Part shown: positions 38,633 through 48,627 of the stretch, in pieces
How positions within the stretch are numbered: the first letter of the stretch is position 1
Layout: the number at the start of each line of letters is the position of its first letter
Virus record (IMG/VR): IMGVR_UViG_3300009159_000035
DNA length: 64,000 nt
Origin: a virus
Strand: one strand, 5' to 3'
Translations under genes and position numbers: made by a program
The notes under the pieces: model-generated
The model's input: only the letters and a program-made list of their open reading frames with translations
Told to the model about the DNA's origin: nothing
The model's database searches: none

Positions 38633-40168
38633 TTATCGACCTATAAATTTAGTAAGATCAAATCTGTGTTTGCTTACAATAAATTTCTCTTTAAGATAAA
38701 TTGTTTCTCTAGCTTTTCCGTGTTTTACAATATAACCATCAAGGTCATCAATTAAATCGTATACGGTAACTTCATGTTTTCCAGCAAGTTTACGCATACC
38801 TCGACCAATTGCTTGTCTAATTGTAACTTCTGATTTATAGCTCTCAGCAAAAATAATTTGATTGACACGCTTTAGGTCAATACCTGTAGCAAAAGTACCA
38901 TAACTTGCAACAATAACTGCACCAACTTCTCGTTCCATTGCCTCTTTATAATCAGCGCGGTCCCCGCCGTCAACTCCACCGTCTATATAATATGCATGTT
39001 CATTCCACTCTTTTATCTTATCGCAAATTCTTTGGCCGTATTGATCCTTTACATTAATGAATAGGATTAAGGTATTACCTCCAAGTTTTTGGACAAATGA
39101 AGAAATAAACTCAATTCGGGGTTCATATGAAATAATAAATGCTCGTTCTGCATCAAATAATTCCTTACCAGCTTTGCCGGACTCTCTAAGTGCTTTGTAT
39201 TCTCTAACAAATGGTTCAGTTATTGGATAGTCTAAACTAACCATTTTAATATAGACGTTAGGCGAGTGCTCTTGATCAATTAGGAAGCTTGACTTAAGCG
39301 TCATGCTTAATGGGCCTAAAAATTCTTGAATCTTAAAAAAATCAGAATATTGTTCTTCAATTTTAATTGTACCAGAGAGCCCAAGTTTATATTCAACATT
39401 AGTTGATGCCAATAAAATATCTCTAATTGAAGCACCTCTTGATGTATGGCACTCATCTATACAAATAACTGAAAATCTTTTAAAAAATTCAGGCTCTTTA
39501 TTTTTTAAACTTTGATATGTAGAAATAACTAGATCGGCTTCTTCAAACTTCTCTTCAGAATACTTGTTTTGACCGCCAACCGATAGCACGGAATAATTCA
39601 TTAAGCCAGTATGATAATCCTTTTCAAATTTCTCGGCAGTTTGGCCGACTAATGAAATATTGGGAACTACAATTAGGGCTTTTTTATCTTTAGTGATAAT
39701 ACCTTTGCGTTTTAAGAAAGAAAGGTAAATGTATAGGATTAGGGTTTTACCAGCAGAGGTTGCAAGTTCTTGAGAACAGAATTTATATTTTAAGGCTCGA
39801 TGAGCTGCTTCAAGCTGGTAATCATATGCAGCAATTGATAAACCATCTAATAATACAGATGCAAATTTATCTAATTGGTCTTTTGTAAATGATAGGTTAA
39901 GTAGATCCTCTAAGCCGTCAATGTTTATTTCGTAATCGTATTTCTTGCCGAAATTAATAATTTCCTTCCATAAACCAACACCAATCTTAAAATCCTTATC
40001 GATAAATTTATCATAACCATCCCATAATTTTCGTTTGTATAGCTTATTAAAATGATAACCTTTTTGTCTCTTCCTAAAATAAAGTTGCAGGTCCTTAAGC
40101 TCGCGCTTCATTTCGTGCTTAACTAATTGTAGGTGCTGACGGTCATCAGTTAATTTAAAAGTTAACAA
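38633..40168 (-). CDS. uvsW: UvsW-like SF2 helicase
   Basis: WDG, YDYQ, ATSAGKT, VVP..SLV.Q, DECH, GLSGT, GTFATGID, QAIGRGMR, YDL.DD. Confidence 0.88.
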   Translation of the reverse strand: MLTFKLTDDRQHLQLVKHEMKRELKDLQLYFRKRQKGYHFNKLYKRKLWDGYDKFIDKDFKIGVGLWKEIINFGKKYDYEINIDGLEDLLNLSFTKDQLDKFASVLLDGLSIAAYDYQLEAAHRALKYKFCSQELATSAGKTLILYIYLSFLKRKGIITKDKKALIVVPNISLVGQTAEKFEKDYHTGLMNYSVLSVGGQNKYSEEKFEEADLVISTYQSLKNKEPEFFKRFSVICIDECHTSRGASIRDILLASTNVEYKLGLSGTIKIEEQYSDFFKIQEFLGPLSMTLKSSFLIDQEHSPNVYIKMVSLDYPITEPFVREYKALRESGKAGKELFDAERAFIISYEPRIEFISSFVQKLGGNTLILFINVKDQYGQRICDKIKEWNEHAYYIDGGVDGGDRADYKEAMEREVGAVIVASYGTFATGIDLKRVNQIIFAESYKSEVTIRQAIGRGMRKLAGKHEVTVYDLIDDLDGYIVKHGKARETIYLKEKFIVSKHRFDLTKFIGR

Positions 40169-40182
40169 AGTATTTAATAATT

Positions 40183-40626
40183 TTAATGCCCATCCAATAA
40201 TTTTTGGACATCTAATCGCGTTTTTATTCCAAACAAAACAGCATCAGTTGTTTTAATTGATTCTGCATAAAATGCAATTTGATTTTCAATCTGTTCTAAT
40301 TTTTCTTTGATTGTTGCAGTTTTACCATCAACTATTGTATTCTTTTCATTTGTACCATATCGAATTTGATGATTCTTTGAAGCATCAACCCATTCTTCAC
40401 CTTTCTTTTCTCGATAAGTTTTCTTTAATTGGGTAAAGTGTTCAATTAGGGTATGGTTTTCCTCTAATAATCTTTGGCGCAAACTTAGGAAGGTAACTTG
40501 AGCTTCTGGTATCTTTCGGATATTTTCCAGTAACTTGATTCCAATATAGATTTCTCCGGAGAAAGATTCTCTCTTTTCTCTGAATACTTCAGCAATAGTT
40601 CTTTTTTGGGGAATTTGTTCTTCCAT
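40183..40626 (-). CDS. Putative UvsY-like recombination mediator
   Basis: Helical, 147 aa, adjacent to uvsW as in T4-like phages. Confidence 0.5.
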   Translation of the reverse strand: MEEQIPQKRTIAEVFREKRESFSGEIYIGIKLLENIRKIPEAQVTFLSLRQRLLEENHTLIEHFTQLKKTYREKKGEEWVDASKNHQIRYGTNEKNTIVDGKTATIKEKLEQIENQIAFYAESIKTTDAVLFGIKTRLDVQKLLDGH

Positions 40627-40632
40627 CTAATT

Positions 40633-40659
40633 ATTTTATCAAAAAGCCTAGTTAAGTTT
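40633..40659 (-). promoter_or_regulatory. Putative AAAC-N17-TAAAAT promoter
   Basis: Upstream of uvsY/uvsW. Confidence 0.5.
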
Positions 40660-41129
40660 TAACTAACGAAAGAATAATATACTCCTTCTATTTGATAAAA
40701 GTCTGATAAAAAGTCAGTAATTGTGGTACTTGCGTAAATTGTATTGCCAAGTGGATGATTATCGCCATTCTTATAGAATACAGATACTCCTCCATCATAT
40801 AGGCACACTATTGAATCTAAGTTATAGTGCTTTATCGAACCTTTTGCCATGTTCTTAAATTCATCATGTGTCACTTCAGTATCGTGATTAGTAACAAAAA
40901 TACTTGGAAAAGCACGTTTCATTCGGTAACCTGAACTTTCAATTGAGTGTATCACTTGTAGAACATAACTTAATTTGCCATAGGAATCAAGGTCAGCTAA
41001 GACTTTATTATATTGATCAGGATCTGTAAAGTTGTAAACAACAAACGGTCTTTGGTTTTGCACACAATCTCTAACCAGGTTGTACCTGTTTCCATTGTAT
41101 TCTCTGGTATGTCGTATTGCTCTGCTCAT
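40659..41129 (-). CDS. Hypothetical protein
   Basis: 156 aa; minus-strand late motif at 41158-41167. Confidence 0.7.
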   Translation of the reverse strand: MSRAIRHTREYNGNRYNLVRDCVQNQRPFVVYNFTDPDQYNKVLADLDSYGKLSYVLQVIHSIESSGYRMKRAFPSIFVTNHDTEVTHDEFKNMAKGSIKHYNLDSIVCLYDGGVSVFYKNGDNHPLGNTIYASTTITDFLSDFYQIEGVYYSFVS

Positions 41130-41147
41130 TATTTAGTATATTAGATA

Positions 41148-41175
41148 AAACTACTAGGTTATTTATCAGTAAAAT
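41148..41175 (+). promoter_or_regulatory. AAAC-N18-TAAAAT promoter overlapping a divergent late promoter
   Basis: The spacer contains GTTATTTATC (reverse complement of GATAAATAAC). Confidence 0.5.
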
Positions 41176-41180
41176 ATTCC

Positions 41181-41711
41181 ATGGAAAAAGCACAACACAT
41201 TAATATATTCGATTTTGATGAAACCTTATTTAGGGTTCCCGGTTATACGTGCAGTGAAGCCAAAGGAAAGAGCCCATATGAATGGTTTGACTCGGCTGAA
41301 TCACTTGACCGAAAGTTTAATATTTGCGGTATTACTAATACTATTGAGCAAGCTAGAGCAGATGGTTTAAATTATTTGATAACTCATAGAGTTAAAGCAT
41401 GTCAACCTAAAGTTCTAGATCTACTTGCAGAGTATAAGATTAGGTTTGAAAAGACCTATTTTTTAGGAAGAGCAGGCGATAAAGCAGAGATTGCAATTGA
41501 CTTAATTAGAGAAACTGATGCTGATTCAATTACAATATACGAAGATTCTCTTTGGGAAATTATCAAATATACTTCATGGTTCCTAGATGCTGGGCTTACT
41601 ATTGATATTAATTTTATTTTTATCGATAAAAGTCGAGTAATTACAATAGATTGGGATACGGCTCGATCCCTAGAAGAATTTTCAATAACTGAAAGATTAA
41701 GATTAATATGA
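41181..41711 (+). CDS. HAD-like phosphatase
   Basis: IFDFDETLF, LITHR, K, IYEDS. Confidence 0.75.
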   Translation: MEKAQHINIFDFDETLFRVPGYTCSEAKGKSPYEWFDSAESLDRKFNICGITNTIEQARADGLNYLITHRVKACQPKVLDLLAEYKIRFEKTYFLGRAGDKAEIAIDLIRETDADSITIYEDSLWEIIKYTSWFLDAGLTIDINFIFIDKSRVITIDWDTARSLEEFSITERLRLI

Positions 41712-42316
41712 TATTATTTGTAGAAGGCGCCAGACACTGTGGCAAAACATTTTTAATTAATCAATTTATAGAAAAGTGTAATGATCCACGAATTGAATAT
41801 TACAAATTCTATTTTGCAGATCACATTAAAACCTTAGATTTGGTAGAGTTAGATAGTGATCCAAGTTTACACTATTTTAGTTTAGGAAATATTATGACCA
41901 TTATGGAAATGAATCTTAGACCTGAATATAGAGATAAAATTTGGATATTTGACAGAGCAATCATATCTGCCTATACTTGGGCAATCCTAAGAAAAAGATT
42001 GACCCGAAATAAAGCTGAGCTTGAATTCTTAAAACTATTGAATACTACTCTATATTCAAATTCCAAAACTTTAGTAGTTAGAGTAGCTGGCCAAACCGGC
42101 GATTCAAATCGAGTTAAAGATACTTGGGATGGAGCTCATTCAACAATAGAAGAACAAAGATTAATGGCTCATTTAATTGAGTTAGCAGTGACTGAATTAA
42201 CTGATTCAGCTAAAAATAACAAACTAAGCATTGTTTTTAATAGTTTTGATGAAGCATCAGTCAACTCATTTAATCAAGAGTGCTATGCATTATTAGGAAT
42301 AGAGCCTAATAAATAA
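41708..42316 (+). CDS. P-loop nucleoside monophosphate kinase-like
   Basis: FVEGARHCGKT, IFDR...S. Confidence 0.7.
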   Translation: MILFVEGARHCGKTFLINQFIEKCNDPRIEYYKFYFADHIKTLDLVELDSDPSLHYFSLGNIMTIMEMNLRPEYRDKIWIFDRAIISAYTWAILRKRLTRNKAELEFLKLLNTTLYSNSKTLVVRVAGQTGDSNRVKDTWDGAHSTIEEQRLMAHLIELAVTELTDSAKNNKLSIVFNSFDEASVNSFNQECYALLGIEPNK

Positions 42317-42321
42317 CCAAT

Positions 42322-44202
42322 ATGGCAGGATTATCGCACTTACGAGATGTTTATGAAAAACGTGGAAAAGAATTTTTAGAAAATCTTCTTAACAAGACAG
42401 TTATCATTAATGAAAAAAATGACGGTGCCTATTTTGGTGCCAAGAGAGATGAAAAACAGAATAACTTTAACTTCTTTAAAAAAGACAGTAAAATTGGTTA
42501 CATCGACCGAGTTCTTAGTAAGTACTACGAGCCGGGCATTAGACATTTTGAAAGTATTGGGGCTAGTGTAACCTCAATACCTGAAAATTATGTATTTGGA
42601 ATGGATTATAATCCGGCTAAAGAGTTACCATTAACCCTAAGTCATATTAAAGTACTTGATGAAAATTATCAAACTTCTAAACTTATCCATGATAAAACTG
42701 AATTAGATAAATGGGCTGGAGTACTTGGAGTTAACTCACCAGCTATTATATTTCAAGGAAAATTAAATGATGAGCAAAAGGTAAAAATTCAAGAGTTTAT
42801 ATTTACAAACTTGCCAATGCTTGCTGAGAAATTTAAAACTCAATCATTTAGCAAACATATCCTATCGGTATTAAATCCAGTAGTTGATGAAAATGCTCAA
42901 CCTGAATTAAGCGATAGAGAAATTAGCGAAATTGTATTTAGATTCTTTGATGAAGAGGACCCAACTGGAGATTCTTCTACTTTAGCAAAGATTATTGATC
43001 CAGTATTTTACGATAATGCAAAGAACCTACCTCAGGAAAAGGTTCAAAAGAAAAGCGATGACTATGTTTGGATTATTGTTACTGACTTAATGAATTTTAT
43101 TGAGAGCTACCGCATGTCTGATCTTAGAAGTTTTACAATTTCTGGAGAAACAGCAGATGAGAGATTTATTTCATTAATTAATCACCTTTTTATTGAGTTT
43201 ATTAAAGATTATGGAGATAAATTTAATGATTTAGAAATTCAAATACCCCAGTTTTTAACTAGACCTGAATTTGATATTAATCCAGAACTAATCAATGATC
43301 CAAATGTAATTGATATACTTGGTAAGAATCCGAACTACAAAGAAATTTACAGAATATTCATTAATATTTTTAGAAAAAAGAAAATCAAAGTTAATTCAAC
43401 TCTATTTACTGATGCAATGAAAGCTAATTTAATTGATCAAATTGACAAACTTTCAAAAGTTGCAATGGGCGATCAATTATTTGAAAATTATTTTCCATCA
43501 TTTAGTGAATTTGTTGGAGATGGTAAGACTCCTGGATATTTTGAAACATATGATGTTGCTGAAAATGAAGAACGTAAAGTAAAAAAGGTTAACCTATTAA
43601 TATCGGATTTTCAACCAATACACAAAGGCCATCTTAAAAATGCAAAAATCCTAACTGAAAAGAATGGACTGTCTACCCTATTTGTATGTGTTCACCCTGG
43701 CAAATCTGGAAAAATGTTTCCATTTAAAAAAGAAACTTTAAATAATTCATTAGCTAAATTAGCAGCACATGATAAACAAAATATTGCCGGTCATGTAATG
43801 GTAAAAGACGGAAATATTGAAACTATCTTAAAAGCAATAAAACCTGGATTTGAACCCTTAAGTATAGCAGCTGAGCCTAGTAGAATAAAAGATCTAGCAC
43901 TACAATTAGAACTTGCAAAAAAAAGATCTAGAAACCTAAATATTAAACGAGATACTCAATTAATTGAATTACCTATAACTACAGTTGGAGACTTAATCTT
44001 AAAGTCAATTAAAGATAGAGATTTTGCAGCATTTAAAGAATCATCGCCAGCTCCAATTCATTCAGAATTTTATAACTTAAATAAAGACTTAATTGAATCA
44101 TTAAATGAAAGTGCAACTGAACAAATAACTGAAGCAGTTACTGAAATAGTATCAGGTGTAACCTTTTCTACACCAGAACCAATAATCCAAATAGAATCAT
44201 GA
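42322..44202 (+). CDS. Two-domain protein: ligase-like N-terminus and HIGH-class nucleotidyltransferase-like C-terminus
   Basis: INEKNDG (KxDG), P.IIFQG.L, EIVFR..KI; FQPIHKGH; late motif at 42308. Confidence 0.6.
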   Translation: MAGLSHLRDVYEKRGKEFLENLLNKTVIINEKNDGAYFGAKRDEKQNNFNFFKKDSKIGYIDRVLSKYYEPGIRHFESIGASVTSIPENYVFGMDYNPAKELPLTLSHIKVLDENYQTSKLIHDKTELDKWAGVLGVNSPAIIFQGKLNDEQKVKIQEFIFTNLPMLAEKFKTQSFSKHILSVLNPVVDENAQPELSDREISEIVFRFFDEEDPTGDSSTLAKIIDPVFYDNAKNLPQEKVQKKSDDYVWIIVTDLMNFIESYRMSDLRSFTISGETADERFISLINHLFIEFIKDYGDKFNDLEIQIPQFLTRPEFDINPELINDPNVIDILGKNPNYKEIYRIFINIFRKKKIKVNSTLFTDAMKANLIDQIDKLSKVAMGDQLFENYFPSFSEFVGDGKTPGYFETYDVAENEERKVKKVNLLISDFQPIHKGHLKNAKILTEKNGLSTLFVCVHPGKSGKMFPFKKETLNNSLAKLAAHDKQNIAGHVMVKDGNIETILKAIKPGFEPLSIAAEPSRIKDLALQLELAKKRSRNLNIKRDTQLIELPITTVGDLILKSIKDRDFAAFKESSPAPIHSEFYNLNKDLIESLNESATEQITEAVTEIVSGVTFSTPEPIIQIES

Positions 44203-44282
44203 AAAAACTATTTAATTTTTTAGCACTAATTGAATCATATAGAATTAACTGTATGATCCATCACGGCTGGGGTAAATTATAA
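44199..44282 (+). CDS. 27-aa micro-protein
   Basis: ATGA overlap with the upstream stop, ends just before the terminator: MKKLFNFLALIESYRINCMIHHGWGKL. Confidence 0.45.
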   Translation: MKKLFNFLALIESYRINCMIHHGWGKL

Positions 44283-44303
44283 TATACATAATTTATTTTG
44301 CAT

Positions 44304-44331
44304 AAAAAAAGCTCCAATAGGAGCTTTTTTT
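44304..44331. terminator. Bidirectional rho-independent terminator
   Basis: A7-GCTCC-AATA-GGAGC-T7 between convergent genes. Confidence 0.88.
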
Positions 44332-44351
44332 ATGTGAGGTAATTTAAAATA

Positions 44352-45923
44352 TTAGGTTAAGGTTGTAAATTCTCCTTTAATAAAGTTAATATGTTGAGCC
44401 TTACCATCATGATGAATGATTACATGTGATTGTAGCCATCCACTTGGGCCTACATTATAGTTAACTCTTAATTTAGTTGAAGTCCCGACAGCTAGTGCTC
44501 CATCCTTACGGCCTGGCGAATGATAGTGGCCAACTACAATTTTAGTATTTAATTTACGAAATTGAAGTAGAGATCCACGTGAACCATTTGATCCAACGTC
44601 TCCGTGTTGAGCAAGTTCCCAGCCTTTTATTACAAGACTATCACTTCTTCCTAACGTTTTAAATGTTGGAAATTTTTGATTAATTAAATATGGTATTACT
44701 CCATTTTGGGCAATACCTTTTAATAGTATAGCACTATATTCCATATATTCAAGAGAATTCTTTAAAGTTGAAGATTTTCTCCAATCAGTAGATTTTAACC
44801 AGCGATCTAAAAAGTCATCATGATTACTTCGGACAATTGATACATTATAATCTTTAAAATCTTCAAGCCCATTTAACATTGCATCAACTTCTTTTCTTAA
44901 AGAGTTTGAACCATCAAGTTCTCTACGATATTGAATAAATGGATCACTTATTTCATGATGATTAATTGAAAGTCCATCAAATACATCATGTAGAATAACA
45001 TTTTCCGGTTTTAATCTTTTAAATAGCTCTAGAGTTTTGGAAATTATACGTGGATCATGTTGACCATAGTGTAAATCTCCTAAAATGGCAACTGCAATTG
45101 AAGTAGCTTGACTAATTTCACTAGATTCAGAATCTTCATTATATTCAACGCTATTATAAAGATCAGTAAAATTGCCATCTTCAGTTGCCGTTACTTGTCT
45201 AGCAAAAAAGGTGTTTACGTCCTTTATTTCAATAACTACAAAACCTAAAGTATGATGGAATTCTCCTTTTTTACCTGATTTTGAGTCAGTATAGTTAGAA
45301 ACGGTACATGCGCCAGTAGTCATCATCATTTTTGGAAGATTTCCTTCCAATACTGGAATTGTTTCTAAATGTACCCTAGGCGACCCAAATACGCATGAAT
45401 TAATACCGCTCATTCCTTGTAAACCAGTCATTGGATCAACTGATGTTGGCTGAATCTTAATATCTGACATGATCCACATGTGTTTATGAACTTCATGGCG
45501 ACCTGCATCTAGATAAGTTTCAATTCTTTCAGCCCAAGTTTCGTAATTCTTATCAGAAAATACAGAAGTTGGGTTTTTATATCGACCTGCAATTACATGG
45601 ATATCTGCATTAATATGCTCTGCATATTTTTCAAGATTGGATACAAATTCTTCATGTACTGGTGTATCATTTTGTGCCCAGGTGATGATAAATCGTTTTT
45701 TCTTTTTGTTAAACTTACGTTCTCTGGCTTTAATTAGCTGCGGAGACTCTTGTATTGAACTTTCAGTTATTCCTAATTTAGATAACCACGTTTGTGCGGT
45801 TCTTTCAGATTTATTAAGAAACTGACTAAGTTCTTTCATTCGATTATCCCAACTTAAGTCCTTATTCCAATAGATTTCGGACAATGTTGAAATATCGGCT
45901 GGTGTTAATTCTTCAAACTTCAT
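44352..45923 (-). CDS. T5 A1-like protein (metallophosphoesterase-fold nuclease)
   Basis: KRFIITWAQNDT, TTGACT..NY...K.G.K.EFHH, GDLH, HDVFD...NHH, SNHD, HGD.GSNGSRG, GH.HS, YNVGPSGW match the T5 A1 motif order as recalled. Confidence 0.78.
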   Translation of the reverse strand: MKFEELTPADISTLSEIYWNKDLSWDNRMKELSQFLNKSERTAQTWLSKLGITESSIQESPQLIKARERKFNKKKKRFIITWAQNDTPVHEEFVSNLEKYAEHINADIHVIAGRYKNPTSVFSDKNYETWAERIETYLDAGRHEVHKHMWIMSDIKIQPTSVDPMTGLQGMSGINSCVFGSPRVHLETIPVLEGNLPKMMMTTGACTVSNYTDSKSGKKGEFHHTLGFVVIEIKDVNTFFARQVTATEDGNFTDLYNSVEYNEDSESSEISQATSIAVAILGDLHYGQHDPRIISKTLELFKRLKPENVILHDVFDGLSINHHEISDPFIQYRRELDGSNSLRKEVDAMLNGLEDFKDYNVSIVRSNHDDFLDRWLKSTDWRKSSTLKNSLEYMEYSAILLKGIAQNGVIPYLINQKFPTFKTLGRSDSLVIKGWELAQHGDVGSNGSRGSLLQFRKLNTKIVVGHYHSPGRKDGALAVGTSTKLRVNYNVGPSGWLQSHVIIHHDGKAQHINFIKGEFTTLT

Positions 45924-45947
45924 TAATACATACAGTTTTATTAATTA

Positions 45948-45974
45948 CTTATATTTAACAATCACATAAAGTTT
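45948..45974 (-). promoter_or_regulatory. Putative AAAC-N17-TATAAG promoter
   Basis: Upstream of the A1-like gene. Confidence 0.5.
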
Positions 45975-46022
45975 TAGCCGGATCCTCTGGAAGTTGAGTT
46001 AGGTTGGCTAATAAATAACTCT

Positions 46023-46205
46023 ATGGAAAAGACGGCTAAAAATATTGATAACTACAGAAAGGGTAAAGAACCTTTAAAAAATGCAGTTATGCAACATCCA
46101 ACCGGTAATGATGTATATGATTTTTTACAAAAAAACATTGATCGTGACTTTTGGGTGACGCCTTTTTCAAAATGGCAAAAGACACAAAAATACCATAACA
46201 AATAA
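46023..46205 (+). CDS. Small hypothetical late protein
   Basis: Late motif at 46010; 60 aa. Confidence 0.65.
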   Translation: MEKTAKNIDNYRKGKEPLKNAVMQHPTGNDVYDFLQKNIDRDFWVTPFSKWQKTQKYHNK

Positions 46206-46624
46206 TGTTTGGACTAGACGATTTAACTGACCCTCAAACTGGATCAGAAAATACAATTTCATATTTTATGCTATCTCTTATGCAGATTGCTGACCAAGCT
46301 AAAATTATACACTGGCAAACTGGGTATGATGCAGAGCACCGTCACTTTGGAATGTTTTACGAAACTTTCATTGAGCAAATGGATACACTAGTAGAAGCAA
46401 TTGCTGGTAAATATGGTTCACAAAACCTTAAATTTGGCGAAGCTGCAATTATGGTATATGATTATGACCTATCACGACCTGAATTTTTTAATCTGGTTCA
46501 AGAAGCTCTTCGTGGAACATTTTGCGAAATTTTTGAAAAAGACAAAGACTCTGAATTATATAATTTAGTGGATGAAATTTTAGACTTAACAAACAAAACT
46601 CAGTATTTACTGCAACAAAAGTAA
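46205..46624 (+). CDS. Ferritin/Dps-like protein (DUF5856-like)
   Basis: HWQT....H..FG.FYE.....D.LVE..AG.YG; N..DEI....NK..YLL. Confidence 0.75.
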   Translation: MFGLDDLTDPQTGSENTISYFMLSLMQIADQAKIIHWQTGYDAEHRHFGMFYETFIEQMDTLVEAIAGKYGSQNLKFGEAAIMVYDYDLSRPEFFNLVQEALRGTFCEIFEKDKDSELYNLVDEILDLTNKTQYLLQQK

Positions 46625-46625
46625 T

Positions 46626-48188
46626 ATGTTTTTAAACGTAAAACGATTATCAATATTTGAGAAGCTACTTCTTGAAACTGACTTGATTCAAATAGGATCA
46701 GGCATTAATGACCTAGTTACTAAGATTAAAGATTCTACCAATAATAAAGATCAAGGCTCTGATAAAAAAATTGATATAACGACTCAAATTAATCAATTAT
46801 TAGATTACCTTTTTAGTCTGGGCGAAGAAGGCCTTAATGATAAATTAAGTGAACCTGAGTTTATGAAAGTATTTGGAGATCCTGCAGTAAAAAAAGCACT
46901 GGATCTATATTTTGCCTATTTAGAAACCGAATTAAAAACTTTTCGTGAAGAGTTAACGGCAGCCCTTAATGAACCTGAAATTAATGTTCAACTAGTTGAG
47001 AAAATAAGTCAAAAAATGATGACCTTTGCGGCTAGAATTCATGTAGTTGAAAGAATTTATGCAAAGCAATCGGAAGCCGGTCAATCTGAATTTAGTAATG
47101 AAATTAGCGAAAAGGTTAAAAAGATTCAAGAGGAATTACTTAACATTTATTCATTAAAAGTTATGGTACCTGCTAAAAAAACGCAAGAATCATATTCAAA
47201 ATATCAAGCGGCGCAAACTGACGAAGAAAAAACTGAGGCAGCTACTGAAATTTTATCAAATATAGAAGCAGCTGATCAAATGTCAGAAGATATGCCAGCT
47301 GAAGTTATTTCAGGAATTGAAACTGCTAATACTGAATATAAGAATAAGATTGAGAAAGATTTAGGTAAAGAAACCCTAGCTAATATATTATCAGGAGTTC
47401 ATGTAAATAAAAATGTTGCTGCATTAATTCGTAGGATATTTCAATTTCAATATACAATGTGGACAAATGAAGATGATATTAATCGTGAAGCAAATTCTCT
47501 TAAGGTTAGTATTAATGGTTTTCCGGATGTATCAGAAGAGGCTAAAGAATATTTACGTAGACTTGTTGAAAATATCCAAGCTGAATTACTTAAAAAAGCA
47601 AAAAATAAAGACTTTGATACTAAGCAATATAAAGGAATTCACTATGACTTTAATAAGAAATTACCATTGTATGAAAGAACTGCACTACCTGTTACTGGTA
47701 AACAAATAGCAGATGATTCTAAATTAATGAAATTTAGAAAAGCTTCACAAGATCTAATGGGGCTTATTTTTGGTGCTGGCGGTCATCCAGACACTGAAGC
47801 ACGTAGAGCGTTTGCCGCAACTGGAAAACATTTACACGCAATCTATGCAAAAAGCCTTAACGGTTTAGGCAAGGTTATCGGCAAAGCAATTGGCGGTAGA
47901 GAAGGAGAAATGAAAGCCGATGCTTATACCAGAATGTTTATATTAGATACGTCAGTTGTTGATCAACCAAAAACAAAACAAATTAGCGAAGATGGCGGGG
48001 TCTCTGCTCCAGGTGTAGCAATTCAAACTCCTGGTTCAATTGGGTCAATGGGACCAATTACGCCTCCTACCACAACCTCACTAGGTTCAGGAGATAATTT
48101 TGGACCAAAAATTAATAAAAAGAAAACCAAAAAATCTTCATCCATCCTTGGATTTGCAGATTTTATAAAAGAACAAAATAATCTATAA
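46626..48188 (+). CDS. Large helical hypothetical protein with CTS-like motifs
   Basis: N-term KRLSIFEKLLLE, C-term ILGFADFIKE. Confidence 0.75.
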   Translation: MFLNVKRLSIFEKLLLETDLIQIGSGINDLVTKIKDSTNNKDQGSDKKIDITTQINQLLDYLFSLGEEGLNDKLSEPEFMKVFGDPAVKKALDLYFAYLETELKTFREELTAALNEPEINVQLVEKISQKMMTFAARIHVVERIYAKQSEAGQSEFSNEISEKVKKIQEELLNIYSLKVMVPAKKTQESYSKYQAAQTDEEKTEAATEILSNIEAADQMSEDMPAEVISGIETANTEYKNKIEKDLGKETLANILSGVHVNKNVAALIRRIFQFQYTMWTNEDDINREANSLKVSINGFPDVSEEAKEYLRRLVENIQAELLKKAKNKDFDTKQYKGIHYDFNKKLPLYERTALPVTGKQIADDSKLMKFRKASQDLMGLIFGAGGHPDTEARRAFAATGKHLHAIYAKSLNGLGKVIGKAIGGREGEMKADAYTRMFILDTSVVDQPKTKQISEDGGVSAPGVAIQTPGSIGSMGPITPPTTTSLGSGDNFGPKINKKKTKKSSSILGFADFIKEQNNL

Positions 48189-48190
48189 AA

Positions 48191-48625
48191 ATGAAATTAA
48201 TTAAAACATTTGAAAATTTTATGCACAATGAAGTAGAGCTCGATTCATTTGAGCCACTAGAAATTTCTCATCAATCTACAGATATTGATCATGAAGCTCA
48301 TCATGAAGTTGAGAACTATATGTTCTTTGGCAATTTAAAAACAATTCAACGACTGATTGAGATCATGTTGGAAATGGATCCAATGAAGGTTGATCAGTTA
48401 TTAAAAAATGGTCATAATTGGGCAGAAGATCATGTAACCTCATCAAAGGACGATCTTGAAGAAGTTGCAGATTTCTTAATGGGCGAAATGACTAAACATG
48501 AAGTTCAAGAATCTAGTGCAATGACCTATTCATGTAATGAATGTGGTTCAATGTATGAAGATTATGAGATTAACGAAGACCATATGTGTTCATGTGGAGG
48601 TAAACTAGAAGAAAATTTAGGATAA
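48191..48625 (+). CDS. Protein with CTS-like leader and C-terminal Zn ribbon
   Basis: MKLIKTFENF; NYMFF.NL, GH.WA.DH; CNEC...CSC. Confidence 0.75.
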   Translation: MKLIKTFENFMHNEVELDSFEPLEISHQSTDIDHEAHHEVENYMFFGNLKTIQRLIEIMLEMDPMKVDQLLKNGHNWAEDHVTSSKDDLEEVADFLMGEMTKHEVQESSAMTYSCNECGSMYEDYEINEDHMCSCGGKLEENLG

Positions 48626-48627
48626 TT

